A DNA stretch of 64,000 nt from Octopus vulgaris. Lineage: Eukaryota. The notes under the pieces are model-generated. The model was given only the letters and a program-made list of their open reading frames with translations, searched no databases and was not told the origin of the DNA. The position numbers were made by a program, and so were the translations under genes. Within the stretch, counting starts at the first letter, position 1. Each line of letters opens with the position of its first letter. The stretch covers positions 37,944,001 through 38,008,000 of the forward strand of contig OX597817.1 in NCBI GenBank assembly GCA_951406725.2. The letters run 5' to 3'. Below are positions 37,003 to 49,870 of this stretch, piece after piece.

Positions 37003-37444
37003 AACTTGTTTCCAAATTACCTGGGTAGGTGGTTGAGAGGAAGGAATATAATTTTGCGTGACTAATAATAGCAGCATAAACACCTATGACAACGAGTTCC
37101 AGTTATACAAAAATAAGTTTCTGATTCATTCGTTTTCTTTATAAATATTTCTGAGTCATTTTTACTATCTTCTTAGTTACTGTTAGATAATATTGAAAGA
37201 ATTATTTTTTTTAAATCTTTGTTTTTTTGCTCAAATGTCATGTTTTATTTATATCATTGTTTTGGGGGGTATTTTGTGTGTGTGTGTTTTATCAAAGATA
37301 ATTTTCTCTAGAAATAATTGACATTTGTGTGGAAATCATAGGTAATCTTCTCCAATAGATTACAAAATATATCATGTTTTATGTGAATCAGTTTACTTAT
37401 TATACATTTTTTAAATTTATTTTACTGATATTTATGATGTAATT

Positions 37445-39630
37445 TTGGCTGAATCGTTAGCACATGGTGCAAAATGCATAGTGGAACTTCATCTCTGCTG
37501 AGGTTGACTTTACCTCTCATCCTTTTGGGGGTCTATAAAATAAGTACCAATTGAGCACTAGGGTCGATGTTATCGACTATCAACCTCCCTCAAATTTCAG
37601 GCCTTGTGCCTATAGTAGAAAGGATTATTATTATTATTACTATTAGCACACAGGACAAAATGCTTAGCAGCATTTCATTTGTCTTTACATTCTGAGGTCA
37701 ACTTTGCCTTTCATTCTTTTGGGTCGATAAAATAGGTACCTGTTGAACACGGGGATCAATGTAATTGACTTGCCCCCCCATCCCCCAAAATGTCAGGTCT
37801 TGTGCCTAAAGTAGAAAGGGTTGTTATTATTAGCATTCTGGGCAAAATGCTTTGCAACATTTCATCTAGCGTTACATTTGCTGGGCATGGATACATTCAT
37901 CTGGCCTTACTTCCCTGGGCATGGGATACATTGAATCTCCAACGTCTGGCAGCTGACTTGGCAGACACCCATAAAATTATTAACCATCTTACAAACAATA
38001 ACTCTGAGCACCTTTTCAAACTCCACCTGTCTAACACCCATTAGAAAACAGCACAGATCCCATGACTTTCGGAAACATTTTTTCATGCTAAGAGTTGCTG
38101 AAGTATGGAACAAACTGCTGGCATCAGTTGTTAGTTCCTGAGATTCGCCAACACTACACCTGATTTTCTCCCTTCCATACACACGCAAGCATGTATCTGA
38201 CTCATACACTGTTCACTTTCCAGACATTTGTACATTACTGCATATGCTTTATACGCACTTTCTGACAAGTTGTGGTGCACCTAAGCACTGTATACAATAA
38301 TTTCATTATAATTATTATTATTTTTATTATTATTATTCTGAGTTTGACTCCACTGAGGTCGATTTTAGGGGTTGGGCGAGCTGGCAGAGTCATTACCATA
38401 CTGGACAGACTGCTTAGTGGCATTTTTGTCCATTTGTATGTTCTGAATTCAAATTTTGCTGAGGTTGACTTTGCCTTCCATCCTTTCAGGATTAATAAAA
38501 TACCTGTTGAGCACTGGGGTTGATGTAATTGACTTGCCTTCTCCCCCAAACTTCAGGCCTTTTGCTTGTTGTAGAAAGGATTATAAGTAATTATTATTAT
38601 TGTTATTATATGTAAGGTGGTGAGCTGACAGAATCATTAACATGCCAGACAAAATGATTTGCGGCATTTCATCTGTGTTTACATTCTGAGTTCAAGTTCC
38701 GCCAAAGTCAACTTTGCCTTTCATCCTTTCAGAGTTGATACATTAAGTACCAGTGAAATACTGGGTTTGATGTAATTGACTAGACCCCATCCCCAAAATT
38801 TCAGACCTTCAGCCTATAGTAGAAAGGATTATTATTATTATTATTATTATTGAAGGCAGTAAGCTGGCAGAATGCCGGGCAAAATGCTTAGCAGTATTTC
38901 GTCTGCTGCTACGTTCTGAGTTCAAATTTCACCAGTCGACTTTGCCTTTCATCCTTTCAGGTTTGATAAATTTAATACCAGTTGCATACTGGAGTTAATA
39001 TAATCAACTTAATCCCTTCCCCCAAATTTGAGAGTCCTTGTGCTTCCAGTAGAAAGGATTATTATTATTATTATGGCAATGAGCTGGCGGAACCATTTGC
39101 ATATTTGGGCAAAATGCTTAGTACATTTCTTCCTGATTATTATGTTCTGCATTCAAATTCTGCCAAGGCCAGATTAATTTCCACATTCAATACAATTAGT
39201 ATATGTTGAGCACTGCAGTTGATCTAAAAAAAACTTCTCCCTCCCTGCAAAAATTTGATGGCCTTGTGCCATAATTTGAAAGCATTTAAAAATAAAATAA
39301 AATAAATCCATATTATTAAAGAGCAGTGGATTGGCAAAACCATTAGGACAATGGCTTCAGCTCCAGCTTTTTATATTCTGAGTTCGAATCCCACCAAAAT
39401 TAACGTTGCCTTTCATTCCTCCAGGTTCAATAAAATAATAAGCTAGTAGAATACTGGAGTCAGTGATATTGACTAACCTCTTCTTAAATTTCTGGCCTTG
39501 TGCCTTAATTAGAAACTGATTCTTTAAAATGGCAGTGGATTGACTAAATTGCTAAGAGCATTGGTTAAATTCCTTTGCTGCCTTTGTTCAAGTTCTTTGC
39601 ATTCAGAGTTCAAGTCCTGCTGCAGCAGGT
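37445..39630 (+). repeat. Head-to-tail cluster of about 9 SINE B copies separated by (TTA)n
   Basis: Repeated ...GCCTTTCATCCTTT...CCTATAGTAGAAAGGATTATTATT units, all in the same orientation. Confidence 0.85.
37880..38310 (+). mobile_element. CR1-type LINE 3' fragment
   Basis: LQRLAADLADTHKII...RKHFFMLRVAEVWNKL...VV. Its 3' end recurs inverted at ~62760-62810. Confidence 0.75.
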
Positions 39631-40429
39631 TCTTTTATTTTCACTATATATTCTTTGATTATTATATATTTCCATACATTTTCAAAGTATTTCAATTTAG
39701 GTATTGGCATAAAAAAGGAGAAAAAAAATAGAATTTTATAAAAAATTCTATAGATCTTATGTGTAATCTCATGGTGCAAGTTTGTGTTAGATATATAATC
39801 GTTTCTTAGGCACAGGGGTGTAGGGGATTCTGAATAGAGAAAGTGGGTTTGTTATCTGGCAGCTGCACCTTGCCAGAGATAGTCAGGTAGACAGGCATCA
39901 TTGGTCCTCATTCAACCCCTAATTTCTCACTTGATGTTTCCTAGAACCACACACCAGTACCCCACTTTTGCTGTTAGGCTAACCCAAGTGATGAGGCTGT
40001 ATTAACACTGCACCAGTAGGTGAAAGACTTCAAGTAAGTCTTCCGAAAGAGTGACTGGCCAGGGCAAAGGAACCTGCTTAGGTCAATGGCTAGGTGTTTG
40101 GGGCCTTGGCATGTCTTAGGTAGAATCGTACAGTTGTGGCTAACAACCTGGAGAGGAACGCGCACTACCAAGCTAACTTGCCAATAATAAATTCATGATG
40201 GTGACAAACAGGCCAGAACCCATATTGGATCAGTTGTTGCTCAGGCTAACATCAAAGACTGGGCAGGGCTCAATTTTGCTGACTCACAGAGGGTAGCAGA
40301 ATACTGAAAGAAGTCTGGTAGCGATATCATCAATGAATGCCCCAATGACTATGCAGTCAAGGGATAGAAAAGGGGAAGAGGAGGAAGGCACAAAGTTAGA
40401 AATTAGGGGTATAGTATTTTGTTGATACC

Positions 40430-40662
40430 TATTTCTTTACTACCCACAAGGGGCTAAACACAGAGAGAACAAACAAGGACAAACAAACGGATTAAGTCGA
40501 TTATATCGACCCCAGTGCATAACTGGTACTTATTTAATCGAGCCCCAAAAGGATGAAAGGCAAAGTCAACCTCGGTGGAATTTGAACTCAGAACGTAGTG
40601 GCAGACGAAATACTGCTAAGCATTTTGCCCGGTGTGCTAACGATTCTGCCAGCTCGCCGCCT
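40430..40662 (-). mobile_element. SINE family B with 20-bp TSD
   Basis: TATAGTATTTTGTTGATACC at 40410-40429 and 40663-40682. Confidence 0.93.
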
Positions 40663-42214
40663 TATAGTATTTTGTTGATACCATTAACTCCAGTACTTGA
40701 TGACTACTCTGAAAGGATAAAATGTAAGTTAAGCTCAGAGGGATTTGAACTCAGAACATAATGAGTTGGAAGATATACCATAAAGCATTTTTTTCCAAAG
40801 CTCTAATAATTCTGCCACCTCACAGCCTTTGTGTTGGGTATATAATACACATTAATTGTATATGTCTAACACTTCTTGATATTTGGAGCTCATGCTATGA
40901 TTTTTCCTGTAAACATAAGCTTCTCTTTGTTATGGAAAAGAGTAACAGGTTCATAGATGTCAGTGGGTATGTTACTCAAATTAAATGTTTATGTCTATTA
41001 GCATTTACTTCTATGTATATCGTTCTTTGGTTCATCATTCTATAGTAGTAGTAGTTATGTATTTTGATGGATGTGAGCTGCATAAACAGACCATTATTTC
41101 TTTCTTTTTTATTGGGAATTAATCTGTTGAGAAGATACTACTTCTCACTCACTTTTTAAAGTAAAAATGCTTCATACTATCATATAAATTCTTCATACTA
41201 CATCGCTGTTCATAAAACCTGGGTCAACAAGTTTTATTTTTATTGTTTGTATTGTAGGTCATGGTCGGTGAATTTTGTTGTATAGCATTGCTCATATGCT
41301 GTTCATATTTGCTTGCACAATTGTGCTGATATTGCCATGTGGTTAAGATTGGTGCTATTGTATGGCACCTTGGGCAAGTGATTTTTTACTGCAGGTGCAC
41401 TGAGTGGAATTTAGTTGACAAATACTGTGTAGAAAGTTCTTTTGTGGTGTGTGTATGTTGGTGTAAACTGGAGTCAAGCTGTGTCCCTTTTTGTCAATAA
41501 ACAGGTAACAGTGAAATAAGATAGATTTCAATACCAGAGCAAAATAAGTACTTGGGGGTGAATATGATAAACTAAAACCCTCAAAAGGGATTCTAATGAC
41601 TGAAACGTCTTAATATGTAGGGTTTATTTATAACAAATCATGATTTGTTATATTTGTTTCACCTCTTTGTATTCTGAGTTCATATCCTGCCATAGCCTGT
41701 TTGTGGTGGGTAGGGGGACCTAAATCTGTTGCTCTGTTTAACACCATCAACTGGTCTTTGGATGCTTCTAGCAGAACCTATCAGTTGGCAAGCCAGATTC
41801 AAACCAAGTCTTTGGTTTGAGAAAATCATCCTTCACTCGCACCAGATTTATAGACCCTAAAAAAGGATATGGGTACTTCTCTCTCTCTCTCTACTAAAAA
41901 AATTTCTAAAAAGAGAGCGGTTTGGCAAAAAGAGACCGATAGAATAAGTACTGGGCTTACAAAGAATAAGTGCTGGGGTCGATTTGCTCGATTAAAGGCG
42001 GTGCTCCAGCATGGCCGCAGTCAAATGACTGAAACAAGTAAAAGAGTAAGACAAAATATTTATTAGGAATACGACTATCTATTTGGTTTGTTAATGTTAT
42101 TCTTGGACATTGTGATGTTAAATTTAATTCATTTTTGTTTTAAGGTTCCCTGTGTTTCATCATCCATGTTGTCATTTATCCTGTTTCTCTGTAATTCAGC
42201 CAATATCTCTAACT

Positions 42215-42407
42215 AGAAAAATAGTAGAATGGTTCTAAGATGGTTAAGGATGGGCAAGTTATGAAATTAGTGGAATGGTTCCAAGATGGTTAAATATAGC
42301 CAAGTTAGAAAACTTATGGAATGATTCCAAGATTGTTAAGGATGGTTAAGTTAGAAAACTAATGAAATTGTTTCAAGATGATTAAAGGTAGTCATGGCTA
42401 GAAAACC
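42215..42407. repeat. ~45-bp minisatellite, ~4 diverged copies
   Basis: AGAAAA..TGGAATGGTTCCAAGATGGTTAAGGATGG..AAGTT units. Confidence 0.8.
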
Positions 42408-42968
42408 ATGCATTTGAAGTAATTCACTCCTATTACATATTATTTAAAGAGAAAAGGATTGGCAATATTCCCTTACAATGTGCATTTAGTATAGAATTAC
42501 ATGGTTTAAAACCTTACTATGCCAGTGTCATGTGTCTTTAAACAATTTGTGTGACTGAAGTTCTGTTCCTTACTCTATATTCTGTTTAAAATGAGTATGT
42601 ACCAATGCTGACTACACCTAATTCCCCTATATGCAACTGCTCAAGCCTCAAAGGCTGTTGTTTATAGATACCCTCACGTCACCTGATTGTATCCTTAGAA
42701 ACTATGCATGCTTAATAGCTAATGATTTCAAGGGAACATTCACGCAACATATATATTACTTAAGGTGCATGGACAGGAAAAACTCAACCTCTCTATCTTT
42801 GTTCATCTGGAAACTCTGGGACCAAAGAAACCACTTCGCTAGCATCACATGGAGGGATCCTTGATATGGCTCCTTCTACCTCACCTGAAGCTCATAATTA
42901 CTAACTTTGCCTCTGTGAAAAGCTGCATATGTTGCAACAATCTGCATGCATCAAAGAAACATCAAAGA

Positions 42969-43207
42969 AGGCGGCGAGCTGGCAGAAATATTAGCACGCT
43001 GGGCAAAAGGCTTAGCAGTATTTCGTCTGCCATTACGTTCTGAGTTCAAATTCCACCGAAGTCAACTTTGCCTTTCATCCTTTCAGGGTCAATAAATTAA
43101 GTACCAGTTATGCACTTGGGTCGATGTAATCGACTTAATCCCTTTGTCTGTCCTTGTTTGTCCCCACTATGTTTAGCCCCTTGTGGGCAATTAAGAAATA
43201 AGAAATA
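42969..43207 (+). mobile_element. SINE family B
   Basis: Sequence similarity to the other copies. Confidence 0.88.
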
Positions 43208-43753
43208 CCCTCCCAATTAATTTCAAATCGTTAGCTACTAATACTCCAAAACCACCACTTTATCTGGTCTGTGTACAAATACATGGTAGACAACCTCTGT
43301 ATACTCATAGTCCAATATAAACAGACCAACATATAACCTGAAATTGCAGGCACAGGCACATATTTCCAGCTGATGCAACTGGGCACAAGCACACACACAT
43401 ACTAGCCAAGACAGAAATCCTCGAGTATGACCTGACAAAGTAACAGATAAAGTATCCAATTAATAGGTCACATAGAATCAAAGTAGCTGAGTAGATGTAG
43501 CACATTATTTTCATCTCAAAAGTCACAAGTTCAAATCCACTACAAGGGATTTTTACCATTGTATTTTATTTTCTCACTATACACAGAATTCTATGTACTT
43601 TAATTCTATTTGCAGTCAAACACAGATATCAGATCACCTCGATTTGATACCTACATTGCCTCAGTCTCTCTCTCTCTCTGTCATGTCATGATTTTGTAGT
43701 CCATCATAAGCACTTCATCCTATGTTTTTGATCATATCTCTGCCTATGTTTAA

Positions 43754-43972
43754 CTCTTTAGTATTTAAACCGGCCATATCCGGCCAAAATAGTTAATCTG
43801 CTTTATGTTCAAACTGACCAGATCCAGGATCTCACACCTACCCTACAATGTTATTCTACATTAAGTAATTACACCATCAAGATCTTGAAGATATGAGATA
43901 ATTCATGATTAATTCAAATCAGTGGGAATCAATAAGCATTATGTTTGATAGAATAATCTGAACACTAAAGGG
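43754..43972. mobile_element. piggyBac-like MITE (same family as 3438)
   Basis: TTAA|CTCTTTAG...CTAAAGGG|TTAA. Confidence 0.75.
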
Positions 43973-44034
43973 TTAACAACAATAAAAACAACAACAACAA
44001 CACTTTATCTTCTTTCTTTTCTTTCTGTTTCCAG

Positions 44035-44109
44035 CTTGCATATCAGATACTTCCGCCTGTGGAATGGCAATCTTAGGAGGGCCATTACAAGCATCCAGTG
44101 GGTCAAAAG
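44035..44109 (+). CDS. FRMD8: Probable upstream exon of FRMD8-like gene (xCISDTSACGMAILGGPLQASSGSK; possible ATG at 44064)
   Basis: Long polypyrimidine tract + TTTCCAG acceptor, AAG|GTGAGT donor. 75 nt, phase 1-1, open in the frame that joins exon 49700 (G+AT=Asp). No recognisable homology in this N-terminal part. Confidence 0.65.
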
Positions 44110-44139
44110 GTGAGTGGTGCATTCTTACTATAAAACCTA

Positions 44140-44447
44140 TTCTTTTACTTGTTCCAGTCATTTGACTGCAGCCATGCTGGAGTACCACCTTTAGTTGAGC
44201 AAATCGACCCCAGGACTTATTCTTTGTAAGACTAATACTTATTCTATCATTCACTTTCGTCAAACTACTAAGTTATGGAGACATAAACCCACCACCATCA
44301 GTTGTCAAAGAATGGTGTGGGAGAACAAATGCAGACACACAAATACATATATACGAGCATACATACATGCATACATACAATGGGCTTCTTTCAGTTTCTG
44401 TCTACCAAATCCACTCACAAGGCTTCGGTCGGCCCAAGGCTATAGTA
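44140..44447 (-). mobile_element. SINE family A (partial)
   Basis: Sequence similarity to the other copies. Confidence 0.85.
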
Positions 44448-44730
44448 GTTTATCATTATTTTTATTTATTTATTAACTAATTTATTTATTTATTATTACT
44501 ATTATTAATATGGAAAGTTGGCAGATTTGTTAGCACACTGGTCAAACTGCTTAGCAGCATTTCTTCTTCCACCTTTATGTTCTGAATTCAAATTCTGCTA
44601 AGGTTGACTTTGCCTTTCATCTTTCTTGGTTAATAAAATAAACACCAGTTGAGTCCTGGTGTTGATGTGATTGACTTACCCCACCATCCCCTATAAAAAA
44701 TTTTCAAGTCTTGTGCTTATAACAGAAAGG

Positions 44731-44770
<40 letters not shown>

Positions 44771-44771
<1 letters not shown>

Positions 44772-45260
44772 GTGAGAGAGCAGTGCATGCCATCAAAGTG
44801 ACACTGGGGTAAAATATACGAAGCCCAGTATACCCATCATGACTACCCGTCTGATAAGGGTACACCAGGCACATGTGTCACAACCATACGTGTTCAACAT
44901 GGTGATCTCGTATCAAGATAAACAGCACATGACCTTGCAGGTGGGGCCCAGTTAGAATTTTCTTCTGGTCGAGTAACCCATCCCGCTCAAAAGGTCCTCG
45001 AATAAGGGTTGTTTAAAGATGTTGAACGAAACACCCATGTTTCCAGAGGTGAATTATTCAAACCCCAAAGAATCCCTCTCAACACATGGCTATGATGCTC
45101 CCCCACTACTTCTGTTCATGATCAGAGATGCACATATCGTCAGCCACTAAAGGACATGCTCAACTGGTTATGGTCAAGCAAGCAAATCTTAGGCATTGAG
45201 CAGAATATTTGCTGTAGCCCATCTTTTATACCAAGACAAAACAATGTACATGATAACACT
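44771..45260. repeat. Unclassified ~490-bp interspersed repeat inside (TTA)n, copy 2
   Basis: Flanked on both sides by (TTA)n. Confidence 0.85.
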
Positions 45261-45969
45261 TATTATTATTATTAAGGCAGCAAGCTGGCAGAATTGTTAG
45301 CATACTAGACGAAATGCTTTGTAGCATTTCGTTTGTCTTTTATGATCTTAATTCAAATTAAAATGAGAAAAATAACTAACACACAATTATAAACACAGTT
45401 ATATTTTGACAAATGCAAAAGAAACTAGTAAAAACACGAGCTCAAATAATAACAAAAGCCTTACCACTACCACCACCACCACCACTCCTCTTTTGCTATC
45501 ATTGCAAGCCAAAAGGAAATGCTAGAGAGCAATTAAATACATGAAAAGGCAAAGTAGCATGGAAATGGTATGTCAGGAAAGAGCATATCTCCTTATCGAA
45601 AGTATTTATGTAGGAAAGAGGAAGGTGACTTCTGATTCTTAAACATCTGAGAACTTTTCCATATGCATTAAAAAGAGAGGAGTAGGAAAGTGCCTTGGTT
45701 GATGTGTAACAGGATGTCTGTTCCATTAACTATGTCAGAGCAAATGTGAGTGTGCAATTGGTTTTTAAGATTGAGAATCTGAAGAGGAGACAAACAGAGC
45801 TGGCACAGTACATTTCTGATTACAGGCTGGTACTGCAGTGCATGAAATTCAAGAGTGCAAGGATCATGGCCCTAGATATTATTATAGGTATTGACCTTTG
45901 GTTGCAACATTATAAGCTGATCATTGTTGTTACTATTGTCATTGTATTAGGTATTGGGTAAATTGCATC

Positions 45970-46340
45970 TAATGGTGGTTGGTGTTCGGAAGGGCATCCA
46001 GCTATAAAAACCTTGCCAAAACTGACCTCGCCTGTTACTGGGGTCACATAAAAAGCACTACTGACCTTGCCTGTGCTTGTGCCACGTTAAAAGCACTAAG
46101 TCCACTCTGCTGAGTGGTTGGTGTGGGCCACATAAAAAGCACTACTGACCTGTGCTTGTGCCATGTTAAAAGCACTAAGTCCACTCTGCTGAGTGGTTGG
46201 TGTTAGAAGGGCATCCAGCTGTAAAAATCCTGCCAAAACAGTTACAGAGGTCTCACATAGGCTTCTGACTGGATGGCTCTTGTGAAACCGTCCCACCCAT
46301 GCTAGCATGGAAAGCAGATGTTAAAGGAGGATGATGATGG
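45970..46340 (+). mobile_element. RTE 3'UTR-type fragment with internal ~80-bp duplication
   Basis: GAAGGGCATCCAGCTGT...CCCATGCTAGCATGGAAAG...GATGATG terminus. Confidence 0.75.
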
Positions 46341-47600
46341 TGAAGCTCCAGCTCATGGGTTCAGGAGTTTGTGGGGATAAATGGAGTTAGTCCTTAGTCA
46401 CCTTACTCCCAGCTTCCACTTTGGCTTAGCATGACAGGCTCAAGAAGCAGCTGTTTGTTGTGTGGCTGAGGTGTACAGGATTTAGAGGAGGGCTGGTCCT
46501 AAACATATCACACTGACTCACTGGTGTGTAGGCATGCACTGATGCCATGTCAACCAATCCCCCATCTAGGTTCAGGAGAGCAGAAGACCAGCTGAGTAAA
46601 CAGGAAATAAATGAACAAAAGACAGTAAGAAATCATTGCTGGGTCTTTCCCAACAAAAATCATGAATCTTCCATCTTTGATTAGGTCCATGATTGCTGAT
46701 GCCTGTAGATATGGCCCTGGAAGAGAGAGAGAGAGAGAGAGGAACTGGTAGAATCAGAGCCTCAGAGCTTTGAATCGGGGTTTTGCTATATTTGTTCTGG
46801 CTCTGTACATCCTGAGTTCAAATCCTGTCATGGTCAGCTTAGCCTTTCATGCTTTTTGAAGTTGATAGAATAGGTACCAGTCATGTAATTACTCGTTGGC
46901 ATTTCTTCTGGCTCATTACATTCTAAATTCAAATTCTACCAAGGTTAACTTTGCCTTCCATCCTTTTGGGATTGATAAATTAAGTACCAGACAAGTACTG
47001 AGGTTGATGTAAACAATTTCCACTTCTCCCCAAAACTTCAGGACATGTGCCTATAGTCAAAAGAACTATTACTGGGTGGATGGCAGAAGTAGTAGAGTGG
47101 TGGACACAGTTCTTTGTGGTATTTGGTTAATTCACTTTACGTTCTGAGTCCAATTCCTGCCAATGTCAATTTTGCTTTTCATCCCTTTGTGCGTGTGTGT
47201 GTGGAGAGAGAGAGTTAATAAATTAAAGAGCCAACTGGACTATCAGGGACTAATGTTAAAAACATTACCTCTCACCTACAATTAATAAAATTTGAGGTTA
47301 TGTGCTGATGCTATAAATTATTTGTTTAATGGATGTGCTATTAATACCTGTCATTAATACCTGTGTGCATCTTTTACCAATCTGTACATCAAAAAAAAAA
47401 ATAATAAAATAAAAGCACCAATAAACCACTGAGTTAAATAAAAAATACCTTGTATTATTTTTGTGTCGCTCAAATTTCACAGACACTCCCATGTCACGCT
47501 TGACGTCATAAATGATACTAACCAAATTGATTGACTCATTGGAAACCTAGTTAATGATTGCTATTGTTTACAAAATGCATGATTTTTTCAATCCTCATCA

Positions 47601-47985
47601 TAGGCACAGGCTGGGCTGTGTGGTTAAGAAGCTCATTTTGTAACCACTTGATTTCAGGTTCAGTCACACTGCATGACACCTGAGGCAAGTGTCTTCTGTA
47701 GCCTCAGGCTGACCAATGCTTTGTGAGTGAATTTTGTAGATAGAAACTGTGTGGAATCCTGTCATGTGTTTATGTGTGTTTGTGACCTCCCTACCCTCCA
47801 CTATCACCACATGATAACCAGTGGTAGTTTGTTTACATTCCCATTACTTAGCAGTTTATCAAAAGAGACTGTTAAAATATATACCTGTACTAAAAAAAAA
47901 AAATACTGAATTCAATTTTTGTTTCTAAAGCCCTTCAAGATGGTGCCCCAGTCTGGCCACAATTCAGTGACAGAAATGAATGAGA
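47601..47985 (+). mobile_element. SINE family A (old, diverged)
   Basis: Sequence similarity to the other copies. Confidence 0.75.
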
Positions 47986-48884
47986 GATCATCATTATTAT
48001 TATTAAAGGGCAGTGGATTATTTGAATTGTTAAAGTAAAAAAAAACATGTTTGTAGGTATTTAGTTGTCCTACTCTATGATTTGAGTTCAAATCCCACAG
48101 TGGTCAGTTTTACTTTTCATCTTTTCAAGGTCAATACCATAAAATATTGGTCTTGTATATGGGTTGACATAAGTGACTGACCCCCTTTCTTTAAAATTGC
48201 TGGCTTTGTGCCTAAATTAGAAATAATTATTAATTTTATTATTAAATGGCAGTAGATTTGGCAGAATTGTTCTTTGTTCTAAATTCATCTAAAGTCACCA
48301 TTGACCCTGAATATTTAACTGGCACTTAATTTTGTTGACCCTGAAAGGCTGAAAAGCAAAGTTAGCCTCAGTGCAATTTTAGCCTGGAAAAACTGGAAGA
48401 AATGCTTCTAACCATTTTGTCCAACACACAAATGATTTTCCTGGCTCACCATAGAGAAAGAAGAGTTTGTGTAAGGAGTAGGTAGATCTATAGTCAAAGG
48501 TGTTCCAACCATGACCATCGTTTTCGGGGTTTTTTTGTTTTTTATTGGTGTGATGTTTTCTTGGACTATTATATTCAAAATGTCCTTATTTTTTGCTCTG
48601 TATGGTTTAGTCAGAGGAGGAAGCCAGAACCCATTCCTCTTTGCAGGGATAGTGAAGTAAGATTTTAATATCCTTAAAACCAAAACATGCTCTTTATATT
48701 TGCAAGAGTGGATGCTGCTAAAAGCATCCAAGGGCCTTATAGTAGTTTTAAAACAGGTGTTGATTTAGTTTACCACTGAAGATGGTAGGATGTAATCTAA
48801 AAGAGATGCAGCTGCTATTTCTGGCAGTTTGGGTGACCATATTGAGGCTTCCGTGTTGTCTTATACTGATAAACTTGTTGTTGT

Positions 48885-49177
48885 TGTTTGTTCCTTCTTG
48901 AGCCATGCCTGGCTCATAAGAGACGGTTTTCTGGTTTCATTGGTATATAGGTTCCCCACCTGGACGGGACGCTGGTCTGACACAGGTCAGCTGCTAGATA
49001 TAGGAGGAAAGAGTGAGAGAAAGTTGTGGTGAAAGGGTCTGCAAAAGTTCACTATTACCTTCTGTCAGAGCTGCATGGAGCTTTGTGTTTCGCTCATAAA
49101 CACACACATCACCCGGTTTAAGATTCGAACTCACAAACCCTCAACTGCTGCTCTAACTACTAGACCATGTGCCTCCA
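48885..49177 (-). mobile_element. SINE group C variant
   Basis: Reverse-complement similarity to the 36177 head/body; (AAC)n tail. Confidence 0.7.
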
Positions 49178-49699
49178 CATACTGATAAAAAGTATTGGTG
49201 TCTAATGATTCTTTTCTGCAAAAGGTTGTAAACTTGAGTCTGCAGTATAGAGTAGTGGAACAAGGGAGCTAACTCAAGTCTGTTTAATATGTGAGTTAAT
49301 TATTTGTGGTACTAGTCATGCTAGAAGTTAATTTTCACGTTTCTTCATTCATGGTCAGTAAAATAAAATATTAGTAATTTATTAGGGTCCAACCATAACT
49401 GTTGAAATAACCATTACGGTACCAGTTTTAGTGTGATCTAGATAATAATATCACTGCTAGAATATATTTCTTTTCCAGTTAGACATTAAGGATTATTGAG
49501 TTCAGTATTGAAAGCTGATGAAACCTTTGTGATTCAATGTCCATTCTATAGAATAATGTTGATAGTCTGTGAACTTTTAGTCTGTAGGCTGGCACCCTAA
49601 CTAGGATTTTGAAGGAAGAGGGCAATTAAAACTTTTATGAAGAGAATAGAATTTCTATATTTTCTACCATATTTATCCAATGATCAAATTTAGTTTCAG

Positions 49700-49870
49700 A
49701 TGTTTTAGAGCTCTGCATTTACCTCAGAGACCAGACTGTCATCCCATTGAAAGTAAATAATGGTCAACAAGCACAGACTGAAGATCTATTCAGGATTGTC
49801 CAAGAGGAACAGAAACTTCCCCCAGAAGCTGCGAATGTTTTCTCTTTGTGGTTAGTGTCCCCATCACTTG
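49700..49870 (+). CDS. FRMD8: FRMD8/iTAP-like exon, FERM F1 lobe (DVLELCIYLRDQTVIPLKV...NVFSLWLVSPSL)
   Basis: TTTCAG acceptor, G|GTAAGT donor. Translation matches recalled human FRMD8 'VLVYLADDTVVPL...DVFALWLVSPLLE'. Confidence 0.93.

Noticed and set aside
37445-39630. Regularly spaced repeats resembling a CRISPR array
   Set aside because: Units are ~200-bp diverged SINEs, there are no unique spacers or cas genes, and the context is eukaryotic.
45490-45900. Possible L2/jockey-like LINE remnant on the - strand
   Set aside because: Too decayed to classify by eye.
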